From the human T2T-CHM13v2.0 reference genome, Homo sapiens, in assembly GCF_009914755.1 (NCBI RefSeq), contig NC_060930.1: 64,000 nt of DNA; one strand, given 5' to 3'. The notes below the pieces were generated by a model. That model saw only the letters and a program-made list of their open reading frames with translations. It had not been told where the DNA came from and made no database searches. Shown here one piece after another: positions 51,828 through 64,000 of the stretch. A program made the translations under genes and the position numbers. How positions within the stretch are numbered: the stretch's first letter is position 1; the number at the start of each line of letters is the position of its first letter.

Positions 51828-52170
51828 TGTGGTAGAAACTCCTGATTTCTCCCACTATTCAATCTTTTACCTTTTCATAACATAATCTCACTATTTAGAT
51901 GGGCACTTTGTCACCTGCTAAGAGATTACATTTCCCAGTTTCCATTGAAGGGAGATGTGACTGTGCTACCAAGTTCTAACCAATGAAATGTAAGAAACTG
52001 TTCCACTGGCTGTTTAATAAAGAAATCTCCTTAAAATGGTGTGGAGTGTGGCGTGTGTTCTTCTCCCCTTTTTCCTTCTTCCTTTCTGACTGAATGCAGA
52101 CCAGATGGCTGGAGCTCAAGCAGCCATCTTGAACCACGAGATGATGCAGAAGGGGATGATGCTGACTGCT
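51828..52170 (+). mobile_element. MLT1 (J/K-like) LTR fragment
   Basis: tacatttcccagtttcc...aagttctaaccaatgaaatgtaag...atggctggagctcaagcagccatcttg. Confidence 0.6.
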
Positions 52171-53574
52171 TAGCTCTAGGAACTCAAAGGAGAAATCTGA
52201 TTCAGAGATAACAATTTGAGAGACACCGAACTGTAGTTAGTCGTTGAAATCTTGGCAGGGTACTTCATGACTTAGGGAGCAAACAGAGAATGAGAAAAGA
52301 AGATGGCCTAAGGCTGAGCCTTGAGGAAAATCAAGGTTTACAGAAGAGATGAGCTGGCAATGGAAATTCCAGTTAAGGGCTCCAGCCTCCACCGGCCATA
52401 TTATAGGGTCTTTAGTGTCTTCCTCTGCAACTCCCTTATCTGTAACTATCAAGATTCTTAGAGATTTACTCAGCCCTGAAGGGCTAAGTCCTGAGTTTCA
52501 GCACCAGGGAGAACTAGAGCTATATAACCCAAATATGTCCACAAATCTCAAGGCCACAGGTCACTATTATAAATTGGTACTGCACGTTCCTCTCCCTGAA
52601 TATCTCAAAGGATTTATGCAAATTGATCCGCCTCTTCCCCTAAGCGCTGAACAATGGATGCTTCGTTGCCCAACATTTGAGTATCTAAATGCTCTCCAGA
52701 AGTGACTCTTTGCCGGACAAAGAGGGACAGTTGTCCTCCATTTCAGGAAGGAAGGAAAAAACCAAGACGGGAAAGAAGGAGACAGAAAGGAAGACAGCAA
52801 AGAAAAAACGAAATAAGGAAAGAGGGAAAAAATACAGACAGATTATCGTGCTATACCTGAAAAGGTGTGGCCAGGTAGGCAGGAGGAAACCCAGGAGACC
52901 CGCAGCCACACAGATGCCAAGCTGCTGAGAGGGGCAAGTAAGGTGAGGTTGGAAAGTGTCTCCCGGACTTTGTAACATGGAGGTCTGCCCTCGCAGAGAT
53001 GTTTTGGGGTCAGACTCGGCGCTGGAGTGGGTGAGGAGTGTGGCCAGACGAGGAAGCAGGGTTAAAGGCTGTCTTTGGAGGCACTGCCAGGTGGTGTGAA
53101 CACCCAGAGCTTCCAAGTCAGGCTGGAGGCTGGCTTGAATGCTGGCCCCAACATCACCATCTCACTGAAATGAGTTAACATTTCCGGGCACACGGTAGGT
53201 GTTGAGAAAGCAGTAGTTTCATTTTTATCCCTGTTTCCCACTAAGGGTACCCATGGGCAGTTCCATTCTGTGGGTGTTGGTTACTGTAGGCCAAAATGAA
53301 ATGTCCAGTGGCACTATGTCTTTCTATCTTCCTCTAGCAGGTCAGTCCAGAAATGTCCTTGTGGCTATGGGAGAGAGGGAAAAAGAGAGAGAGAGAGATT
53401 GAGAATAAACAAGTCAATTTCACAAATACTTTCAAGCCCAATTGGCTAAAGCAAATCCCATGGCCAAGCCCATACAGCCTGAGTGAGAAGTCACATGACA
53501 AAGGGCAGGGATCCTGGGAGGGATGAAGAACTGGGGCTTTCTTTAGTCTACCATGGCAAACTACTGTAGGGGCT

Positions 53575-54060
53575 AAGGGAAAGTTCCCCTTGGCCTGCTG
53601 AAGGTTTGCTGAAAAATCAACTCATAAAAGGGGGATTAATTGGAGAAAAGGCATACAAATTTACTTACCATATATACCCAGGAGCCTTCAGAATGAAGAC
53701 CCAGTCTCCCAATGGGGTACAGAAGCTTGTGTACCATCTTGAGTTTACAGAGAGAATGGAGGCTTGGATCCTGGCAAAACATGTTTATGGTAGTGGGGAG
53801 AAGAGGAATTCTGGTAAGGGGGAATAAGTGGTTGCTAGGGAGAGTTCAATGGTCTTGAAGAACATACAAGGGTCTAGGACAAGGGCCCGAAGAGCAGACA
53901 AGGGCTTCTGACAAAAGCCTATCCAGATTTGTTGACAGACTTTGGTCTTCCTTCTTGAGAAATGGGTTCAGTTAATGAAAACTCAGGAAGGGACTGGAGG
54001 TAATTGTTTCCTTCTTTGGGAGGTCCAGACTTTAGGCAGACAAAGAACTTCAGAGAATCA
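53575..54060 (-). mobile_element. MER34/MER39-group ERV1 LTR
   Basis: tgtaggggctaagggaaagttcccc...ggagaaaaggcatacaaattt...gagccttcagaatgaagaccc. Confidence 0.65.
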
Positions 54061-54166
54061 CATTTACATTCCAACAACAGGAAGAAAGAAGGGCTGAAAT
54101 GGGATGGATGCCCCTCCCTTTAAGGACAATCCCCAGTGGTTGTACACACAACTGCTGACTACATCC

Positions 54167-54606
54167 TGTGGTAAATGCTGTGCCCATTCTCACTTCCTTA
54201 CATAGTCATAGCATTTGATAATAGCATTAACTGGTCATAGAGCGGCTCAACTGATGACTGCATTTTACAGCCTCCTGTACAGCTAGATGTGGTCATGTGA
54301 CTAAGTTCTAGCCGGTAGAGTGTGAATAGATATGATATTTACAGCTACTACTTGTGACCTAAGAGGGAAGAAGTATGATCTTCCTTTCCACTTCCCCCTG
54401 TCTGGGATGTGGGTATGATGGCAGGAGTGGCAGCAGCCATCCTACATGAGATGAAGGTCTTATATTGAGAATGAGAGACCAACAAGATACAAGGGCCATA
54501 CGCTCTTATGCTACATTAGAAACAAATACATTTCTCCTTTACTTAGGCTGCTACTATTTTGGGTGTCTCTGGTTTTAGTAGCCAAACCAATATCCCGTCT
54601 AATACA
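54167..54606 (+). mobile_element. MLT1 (I/J-like) LTR nested in another antisense MLT1 relic
   Basis: tgtggtaaatg...cagctagatgtggtcatgtgactaagttctagcc...tctaataca. Confidence 0.6.
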
Positions 54607-54918
54607 CAACCCATCAGTCTGTACTTATCATAAGGCGACACTGCCTCAAGGGTGCCTGGGAAATGTGATCTTTATTCTGGGAAGCCATGTGCCTGGCTGA
54701 TGACTGGGGGGAACATCATTAATTAGGAAGAGCACATACCTGAGCAAAACCCCAGTCCCAGCCACTGAAGGAATAATAGCAATAGTCACTGTGGGTACTT
54801 ATGGGGAGCTGGGCACTGTGCTGGCCACTTCACCTCCATGTCCTCATTGAATCTGCACAGCTACTCTGAGGACAAGTATTAGAATGTCAATTTTAAAATT
54901 TTAAATTTTTAAAAGACT

Positions 54919-55323
<405 letters not shown>

Positions 55324-55337
55324 TCATCTCCTAAACC

Positions 55338-55499
55338 AGTGGTTCTCCAAGCATGCTTCCTGGGCCAGCAGGATCAGCATGAAAACTTGTTAGAAAAGCA
55401 AATTATCTTAGAAATCAGATGCTTGGGGTGGGGCCAGCGATGTGCAGTTGAATAAGCCCTCCAGGTCATACAGGTGCACACTCAGTTTGAGAGCCACTG
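55338..55499. mobile_element. MER5A
   Basis: cagtggttctcc...ttgttagaaa...tttgagagccactg. Confidence 0.8.
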
Positions 55500-55989
55500 C
55501 TCCAAGCCAAACCTAAAAATGGTGCACACTTCACCTCCTCTCTCCCCAGACAAACCCAACAAAGAATAATAATCTAACCATGACCAGATCTAGACCTCAG
55601 TTCACCTGCCGGCTCTGCCTTGGAACTTAGCTTAACTTAAACAAGCAGGGTCTCCTCTGGATTGGATGAGACCTCCCTCCTCCCTACTAGGGGTAGGCAG
55701 AGAGATCATGGCCCCAGGCCCCAGATGGAGTTCTGGGGTGAAAACAGGAGGTTCACACAGTCTTGGAATCAAGCCCTTTGAGCATCTGATATTTCCGTTG
55801 GATGCATGAATTTTGGGTGTCACTCATATTCTCTCTCTCTCTCCTTCTCCCTCCCTCCATTCTCCCAGTCTCAGGACACTACTGCCCAAGGCATAGTTGG
55901 TTTCAAGGTAGTGGGAGTTTGTGACATAGGCTTGGGTGGGATGGGGGTCATTTCTTCTTCCTTCCATGGGCAGGAGGTGATGAGATGAT

Positions 55990-56225
55990 GACTCATGTTT
56001 ATTGATGTCTGAGGCAGACCATTTTCTGAACTCTTTCCATGCATTAACCCCCTTATCCTAGCAACCATGTGTGGGAGGTACTATTACTATTCCCATGTTA
56101 GAGGTGGAGAAACCGAGGCACCGACAGGTTAAGCACCTTTCCACAGTCTGTCACACAGCAGTGAGCGGAGCAGCTGAGCGCCGAACATAATGTGGCTCCA
56201 TTGTCTGTGCTCTTAGCCGCTGAGC
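55990..56225 (-). mobile_element. MIR
   Basis: ggtactattactattcccatgttagaggtggagaaaccgaggcac. Confidence 0.7.
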
Positions 56226-56453
56226 TTTTCAGCCTCTAAATAATAGCTAATGAATTCATGGGTTTTTTTTGTTTTCTTTGTTTTTTTTTTGTTTTTGGCC
56301 TTTTTTTTACATTCCAGGTACTGTTGTCATTGCTTTACATATTTAAAAAAGTCGGGGAGTGGTATTCTTACCATCACAAGAAGTTAGGAATTTCCAGCAG
56401 AGCCTTGGCATTGGTGGATTGAACATTTGTGGTTTGGGTTACTTTTTAGTGGA

Positions 56454-56455
<2 letters not shown>

Positions 56456-56496
<41 letters not shown>

Positions 56497-56498
56497 TG
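56456..56498. repeat. (GT)n microsatellite ending gcgcgtgc (potential Z-DNA)
   Basis: About 18 uninterrupted GT units. Confidence 0.92.
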
Positions 56499-57529
56499 CC
56501 TGCAAGCATCTATCTCACCAGGAGAAGTGGGGAAGGAGAGGCCAGAGGTTGTTGCTCTCCCTGTGGTGTCATGTTCTAAAATGAGCCCGCACATCACACT
56601 TGTGGTTCCTGGGGAAAAAAATAAAACAATCTCCACTACCAGTCAAAACAACAATATTTGTACAGCTCCGGTAATAACCTCTGGAACCCTCCTCCCTTCT
56701 GGCTTGCAGACAGTGCCTTGCCCTCAGCTCACTCTTACTCCCAGGGTCCCTGCAGCCTTCTTCCCACGAAGCTCATGTTCTTGGGCTCACAGTAGTCTCC
56801 TGGTGGTTCAGGGCTCACCTGTCCTGGAAAGTGTTCCAGATGGCTTTGGCCTCCACTTTGGGTAGGACTCAGGACTTGAGAACGCAATGCCACCATGTCA
56901 TTGCTCTCTCTTCCTTTGACCTGTGTGATGCCAGACTCCATGGTTCTCCTTCTACCCCTGTGATATAGAGTCCTGTGTCTCTTCTTCTTCCTCAAGTTCA
57001 GTTGTTTCCTTCTCTTTCTTCCTTTCTTTTCCATTTACCTTTCCCTTTCCTTCCCTTCTCTTCCCTGTCTTAGCACTCCTTCTGTCCCGCCTCATTCCAA
57101 CTCCTCTGCCTAGCTCTTGAGGTTCTTCTACCTGGCCTACTCTCCCTCCTCCCTACCTGCTGATCAGGGACCAGTTCAGGTCCTCATACCTTGATCCAGA
57201 ATTTCCTGATGCCTCCAGGCTGACTGTATCACCTCTCCTTCTGACCACCTATGGCTCTCCAGCACTGAGTCAGCCCCACTAGCTCAAGCATTTGAATCAC
57301 TCTCAACTTACTAGGCATTCATTTAAACATTTATTCTGCACCCACCATTACAAGGCCTGCCTTCTCCTCTGCATGAAAAACTCCTACACATCCTTCAAAG
57401 CTCACCCAGATGTATTCCCGTCCTGCCTTGGCTCCCCTCTCCCATAGCCAAGTGGGTGTTCCTGTCTGCCCTCATGCCTCTTGTACGTTACAGGAATGGT
57501 TGACATATACGCAGCAGACGCTGACAGTG

Positions 57530-57892
57530 CCCTGCCTGCTCTGCACCCACCATGCTCATGTACGCTGCAGGTTTCCAATCCGCAAATGCTGGGGAGTTAA
57601 CACCATCCTACTCCAAGTGATGAGGAATGGGATTTGGGGAATATATGCCCCCGGCTCTCTACCCCTTAGAGGGGACAACTGTAAGCCATGCTCTATGCAG
57701 GCTTGCAGAGGTCTCCAGCGGGAAGGAGCGCAACTGCCCACAGTGGTCACCTGCTCATTAATGCTGTCTGCATTGTTTCCCTTTTCTTCTCTTGTTTTAA
57801 TTCCATGCTTCTTGGAATCATTTCCCAAATAAACTATTTGCAGCCAGATCCTGTCCCAGGATCCACTTGTGGGGAATTCAAATGGAGAAGAC
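57530..57892 (+). mobile_element. LTR16-family (ERVL) LTR
   Basis: cagaggtctccagcggga...gcccacagtggtcacctgctcattaatg...cccaaataaactatttgca. Confidence 0.6.
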
Positions 57893-60800
57893 AAATCGTA
57901 TAGAACTTGCACTGCGCCAGACACTAGGTTCTCGATTTACATTAACACATTTAATCCACACAACAGCTTTCCATATAAGGCAGATACCGCTATTAGCATT
58001 TCTACTTCATATTTGAGGAAATTGAGGCATAGGGAGGCTAAGTAGGAGGCACAAGTGTCCCGCTTTTCCTGGAAATAAGGGGGTTCCTTGGAGATGGTAC
58101 TTTCTCAGGACAGTGTGAGGATGAGAGGAAAGATGAAATGAGTTGGTCACCCAAGGTGAAGTGATTTGCCAAAGTCACACAGGAGTGAGTGGCGGGCCTG
58201 GGACTGAACCCGGGCCCACCAGCACAACATGGACTGCACTGCTTGGTGGGGCCTTTTACATGAATCTGCTTCCCTACTAGATGGCAGGGATCACATTTTA
58301 TCCACTTCTGTGTCTCTAAGTTTTGCACTGAGGAATTAGACATTGGGGGTACAGGGAAAAGATGAGTTAAACACAGCCCCTGCACCTAGGGAGCACCTAG
58401 TCACATGGGGGAGGCATTGTTTCTGATGCCGTGAAGCCCCCAGTCTGATGGAGGAGTTCCTTGTGGGGAACATGATCTGTCCCTTCCTGCCTGACTTCTC
58501 TGCAGGGCTGACAACACAGCTTGGGGGAGCTTCTGTTCCTTCCCTTCTGCCACTGTCCCCACAGGCAAGGGCGACGGGGTCTTCCTGGCCTCCTGCCTGG
58601 GTCTCTACCCTCTTGCCATCACTCAGAGCAAGTCACTCCCTAGTCAGGGTGGCTGAATTGATTCTTCCATGACTTTAATTCAGTACTTTGAGCCCCACTC
58701 CCCCAGCAGGCTGCAGGGAAACAGTAAAAGATTGATGAACTGGGTGTTGGGATCAGTCCTGTCCTTGCTGGGCACAGATGGCACTTTCCAAGGGCCCGTT
58801 GAAGAGCATGTAATGAAGAAACTATGTGTAGAGTGTGGGCAGGTCCACGTGCATGACACGGTATGACTCCCAGGGATCAGCAACAGTGGGGAGTCATTAC
58901 TACTCTGGGGCTGAAGGGCAAGGGTGATGCTATTACATCACCCAGCTGATGCCACGACCCTGGGAGTGCAGCCACTCCCAAAGCCAGGGCCTGCAGAGAG
59001 AGGGCTGATACAACCCTAACTTCTCTCTCCTCCTACCTTCCATCATGGCCCCTCTCAGGCCTGATCAAACTGGAAGTCAAAGACGGAAGGAGCCTGGTGA
59101 CACAGCGCATGGAGTTCAGGGGTTCAGAGAAAGTCAGAGAGTGGATGGAGAGAGGGAGCCAAGACAGAGTAACAACTAGAGAGTGGTGCTGAGGACTCAC
59201 GCCCACCCCTCTGCTCTGGCCCCGAGCCCCCAAGCCAAGAGCCTGACCCTTAGAGGCCTCAGCCAGTGGGCTGGTTGGGAGCTGCCCTCTCCAAAACAGA
59301 GCTTTGAAAAATATATTCCTTCCATCCCCACATCATTTTCTGCCCCTCCCAAGCCCATTGGAGGCTAAAAGACAGGCAAGTCCAGGGGGACTTCTTGGAG
59401 GAAAAGGTACAGTTGGGCTTCATGAGCTTCCTGATGAAAGAGGGTGGAGAAGGAGAAGGTTGAGACCAAGAGGAAGAAAAAAAGGAGGGGCACAAGTATT
59501 TTTGAGCCCTATTAAGTATAAGGTAGGACATGGATGCTTTCTCATCTGTTACCAACTCCCCCACCTCCCTTCCTCCACACTTATCAAAACAATCCCGAGG
59601 TTGTTCTCAGGATTTTCATTTTATGGATGGAGAGACTGAGGCTCAGAGAGGTTATGTGACTTCTCAGATGTCACACAGCAAGGGATAGAGTCAGAATATA
59701 GACATACAACTGCCTGAGTCCAGGAAATAATACATGAGGGCCTATAAAGTTGTGGAAAGGTTGGAGTGTGAGCAAAAGCTGAACAGGGTCCCAAACCCAT
59801 GGGGAAGCAGGGGGCAGAGGGTTTTGTCTGTGGCTCTTGGGAGGGGTCTGGATGGTTTTGCATTCATGCTTCTGGACGATGTGCTGGTGGGGTGTGGGGA
59901 GCAGGTCACAGGGTGGGAAGTACCCAACCCTGGTTGCTTTTCCTACCGCCAGGCTATGAGCTGATATGGGTCCCCAGACAGGTTGAGAGAGGTTTTGTGA
60001 TTGGAGTGGGGCAGGGACTGAAAATCTTGGGGAAAGTCCCTAGGGATGGGATGAGAAGGCCTTGGGGGAAGGGTGGGACTGTCTCCTTGGCCCCAAGGGA
60101 TGATTTTAGCTGGGGATGAGTTTTGGCTGGCAAGGGGCAAAGGAGGGTCGGGAGATGCAGGATCCAGCCCTGTCTCCTGGGGAGTGGGAGAGAGCATCAG
60201 TGAGGCTGGAGGCTGGGACCAGCACTGTGTGTGGGTGGTTGGGGGACAGACAGTGGAATGGGAGGCCTGGGGATGGCAGTGTGGGTGGAGACCAGCACTG
60301 TGTGTGGTTTAGGGAGGGTGGAGGAAGGGGGGTCAGTGGGGCCTACTTCAGGGCAGCACACTCCAGGCCTGGAGCCCAGGGGCGTGGCTGGGTGAGGTAA
60401 GGGCCGATGGAACTGGAGATGGGAGTCTTCAGCATAGCTGTCGTCCCTGATGTGAAGGTCCTCTGGCTTCCAAGGAGTCAAGTCCTTCTTTGTCTGGTCT
60501 GGCTCCTCAAGTGAATGGATACCATTCCTCCAGCCAGGGCTTCAGCATCGGCGAGGCCATGAGGGAGGGGCTCAGGGCCTGGGGAATTTTGTGCAGATTT
60601 TCTCTTCTCTGCCTCCACATCCTGTGAGTGTGTGTGTGTATGTAACTGAGAGGGAGAGAGACAGATACAGAGACAAGAGAAAGAGAGACTTCCTTCCTTG
60701 GATCCAAATGCTTAACATGGGCCCAGGAGGATTGACATGGGTGGGGTTGGAAACTGCCCTTCTGAAACATGTTTATTAGAACAATCCAGTCCAAGGCGGA

Positions 60801-62598
60801 GGGAGTAGAAGTAGTAAGATACAGACTCCCTGATGCCAGCCCCCTTTTACAGGTGAGGAAACTGAGGCACAGAAAGGGGAGTGGCTGGTTGAGATCACAC
60901 AGGGCTTAAAGGAAGAGTGTCCCTGCCTCTCAGGCCAGGGGAATTTATCCCTTGCAGAGGGCCAGCGGCAACTCCTGTGACCACCCACAGGAACAGGTGG
61001 CTACCTTTGGCCTTAACATCCACTGAGGACCTTGTTTCCCCGAGATAAAACAGCATTACAAATAATAGTTCTTTTCTTATGGAGTCGATGGGAGGAGTAA
61101 ATAACTTACTACAAGTAAAGAGCTTAGAACAGTGCCTAGCACATAATAAGCATTTAATAAATGCTAACAATAAATAATAATAACAATAATAAATAATGAT
61201 GATAAGGATAAAATATGCTGCTGTTTTAAAGGGGATAACCCAGCGATGTTGAGTCTGATCTTGCCTCACCGGTCAGAGAGGGTGGGGAGAGGTGGCCCGG
61301 GGCCAGAGGTCTGCCTGCTCCTGGCATGGTGGGACCCGCGGTGGGCAGTCCCTGGGCCCTGCATTTGCACACTGGGCACTCACTTCCCAGTCTCTGCCTC
61401 GAGGCTCCCTGTGGGTCATGCATGTCCACTTGCCTTATCCTGGCCAGCAGAGCAATAGTATCAGCCTGGGAGCCCCCCAAGGGCAGGGCCCCATCCTGCG
61501 TCACCGCTTGCTCAGCCCTCCCGCCTGGCCAGCCCTGAGAGGGGGTCAGCCAAGGCGCTGCCTGCCTCATAGCCGCCGGCCCCCAGAGCGTCTGCTTTCC
61601 TCCTGTTCTTGTTCACTCAGCCTGGCTGGGAACGATGATGACAGCTGACACGCATGTGGCACCTCCTCAAGGCTGACATATACACTTCTCAGTCCTTTGT
61701 GCGCACAGTCACTCATTTCGTTCCTGCAGATCGAAGCTGCTCTTGTCTCCATTTTGCAGAGGAAATAAATTGCAGATGCAAGATTTGCCCAGGGTCACAG
61801 AGCTGGCAAGCTGTGGAACCAGGATTTCAACACAGGCAGGCTGGCTCCAAACTCAGCACCCTTAAGGGTCACGCTCTGAGGGCACCCCTTTCTCTCCTCC
61901 TCCAGGCTTTGGGTGGCCTGGCTGAGGTGGAAAATAGCAATGAGTTCCTTACTGCAGAAAGCGCACCAGCTTTCTTGGGCTGTCTCCATCATGTTGTCAT
62001 CACTCCTACCTTCCCTCCCTCGTGCTTGTGGCCTCACTGTCCATTCTGTTCTGTGGCCTCACTGTCCATTCTGTTCTGTGGTTTCTGAACTGAGGTCTAA
62101 TACTCTGTTTTTGTATTTCCCACATCCAGACCTCTCCAGGTGGCTCCCAACATGGCTTCTTAACACCCCTGTCCCTACCCTATTCACTTTTGTCCCCTCC
62201 CCACTCCCCCTCCCACCTCCTGAGTGTAGACTTCAGAGTTTCAGCTATTCTTTTCATTGGCTGAGAAGGAGATAAAGAACTGGCCAAGAATGAGCCTTCC
62301 TCTGGGCACTCCAGCAGCCCAGGTTGGTTCCTTCTGGGGCAAGCATTTCTGAGTATGAGGGGTGTGGGCATGGGAGTGAAGGCTTCGTGGGAGAGCACAG
62401 TGGGGCCAGGCATGAGGACAAAGAGGTCCGAGGTGAGCTCGGGTTGGGACCACAGTGCCTAACCCAACACACTGGCCTGCTCCTTGCTCCCAGGAGGAAG
62501 TTTTGAATGCTAGGTCCTCTTTCTGGAGTGTGTTAAGTACAAAGCATGCCACTTCCACACTTCAGCAATCTCTTCCTCCCCTCCATTTTCCTCTGTCC

Positions 62599-63403
62599 AG
62601 CCCCCTACACCTTCAGAGAGCCACCAGGTAAACTCTGTAAAGATTTGCTGATAAATCTCAGGGCTGATACAGCCAGCAGGCAGCTGGTCTCAGTCCAGCG
62701 GCTGAACCTTACTCTATGGCTCATTCACACCGCAGAAAAGCCAGGGGCAAGCCAATGGGGGCCTCGGGAAGTGGGCGTGGGCCCTGTTGTTTACTCTCTC
62801 GTGCTGCTCCTGGGTCTGGCCTTGGTCCACGCAGGGCCAGGATGGATGGCGCAAGGGAGATGGTGTAACAGCCTTTACTCCTTCGTTGGCCAAAGGGCTG
62901 ACCCTGACCCAGTTCCAAGATGGTCACAGGGAGAGGCCACATGGAACTCCCTGGGTCCCTGGGATACCACCTGCAAGATGGGTGGAGGGAACGGAATCAC
63001 AGGTGCCCACGGAGGCCAAGAGCCCAGCTGCCCCAGGTGAACCTAGGTGTTAGCTGGTACTGCCAGGAGCTCTGGCTGGGCTTATATGTATGTATGGTGG
63101 AAACCACTGTGTTATGTGCTATCTTAGTAGCAACCTTCACTGACACTCTGCAAACAGAAGTAGCCTTTGCAAACTCTACCTGGCTTTGCAAACCGTTGAT
63201 GGGGCCTTCAAACGCAGTGGGGCAGGGTAAGGCAGGAGGAGCCCATTGGCTTGCTCCTGGCTTTTCTGTGGTGTGAATGAGCCATAGAGTAAGGATTCAG
63301 CAGCTGGACTGAGACCAGCCGCCTGCTGGCTGCATCAGCCCCGAGAGTTATCAGCAAATCTTTACAGAGTTTACCTGGTGGCTCTCTGAAGGTGTAGGGG
63401 GCT
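62599..63403. repeat. Inverted repeat: arms 62599-62759 and 63242-63403, 482-bp spacer
   Basis: Manual alignment gives 7 substitutions + 1 indel over ~161 bp; outer 56 bp identical. Confidence 0.95.
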
Positions 63404-63519
63404 CGCAGTCCAGCGTTCAATCCGTTCTTGCCACCAGCCCTGGACAAACTCACACGGGGAGAGGGTAGTTTCTCTCTGTGTAGGTTCCAGTCTCAGATGC
63501 TGCCTTTGTCTCTGGGCAT

Positions 63520-63960
63520 ACTCAGAATTAGGTTTGGTTATGAATGACAGAAAAACCCAAATAATGGTATTTTACATAAGATGTTTATTTCTCTCTCACA
63601 TAAAGGAGGTCGGGTGATATTCCGTTTGTTAGGATGGCTCTGTGATCATCAGAGATCCAGACTCTTCCTATCTTATTGTGCCGCTCAAACATTGCCGCTA
63701 CTTCATGGTGCCGTATGGCTGCCAGAGCTCCCAGCCATCATATCGGCGGCATTGCAGCCCGCTAAAGTAAGGAAGTGGGGGAGAAGGGCATGCTGCCCCG
63801 ACACCCGAAAGTCACATCCCATGTCACCCAGGACATGTCTCTGTATACCCTATTGGGCAGAATTAATCATATAGCTGCACCCAGCCTCTAGGGTGGATGG
63901 AAAATGTAGTCTTTAGTTTGGGTGGACATGTGCAAAGCTTAAAATCAGGGGTCTTGCTAC
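63520..63960 (-). mobile_element. MLT1 (J/K-like) LTR relic
   Basis: atgacagaaaaacccaaataatgg...gtttatttctctctcacataa...ggaaaatgtagtctttag. Confidence 0.6.
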
Positions 63961-64000
63961 CGAGGACGACGACCAAAGAATGGAGTATAACTAGCTGTCC

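Noticed and set aside
52370-52625. Possible U6-type Pol III promoter (octamer ~240 bp from a TATA-like element on the minus strand)
   Set aside because: No convincing PSE, and the would-be transcript is L2 relic rather than a structured RNA
60380-60402. GC-box plus strong donor GAG|GTAAGG as a first exon
   Set aside because: No CpG island, no identifiable ORF and no partner acceptor that I can support
62546-63453. Shared peptide APYTFREPPGKLCKDLLI in opposite-strand ORFs
   Set aside because: A by-product of the inverted repeat; an indel shifts the frame between copies and there is no recognisable domain

Overview
Primate (almost certainly human) non-coding genomic DNA, either intergenic or deep intronic. 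I could not assign a locus, and I recognise no protein-coding gene, RNA gene or CRISPR array. The supplied ORFs are Alu-, L1- or LTR-derived, VNTR read-throughs, or chance frames. Much of the window is interspersed repeat: about 45 Alu elements or fragments, a rearranged L1PA8-like element, old L1M/L2/MIR relics, solo LTRs (MER49, MER39, MER34-group, MST, THE1, MLT1, LTR16) and DNA transposon fossils (Tigger3b, MER82, MER5, MER96, Charlie4). Subfamily names come from my recall of consensus sequences and need RepeatMasker/Dfam confirmation. I see no evidence for a new protein-based system. The interest lies in structural scars. (1) A ~161-bp, ~95%-identical inverted repeat of apparently unique, motif-rich DNA at 62599-63403. 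(2) A 39-bp VNTR whose unit is a hairpin and which is open on both strands. (3) A 239-bp locally templated copy pasted inside an Alu at the core of a five-layer TE nest. (4) A ~180-bp micro-inversion that splits an Alu. (5) An inverted copy of a MER39 segment. (6) An L1 with a ~75-bp flanking duplication, a possible 3' transduction and templated junction insertions. (7) An Alu/L1 junction duplicated 13.7 kb away.
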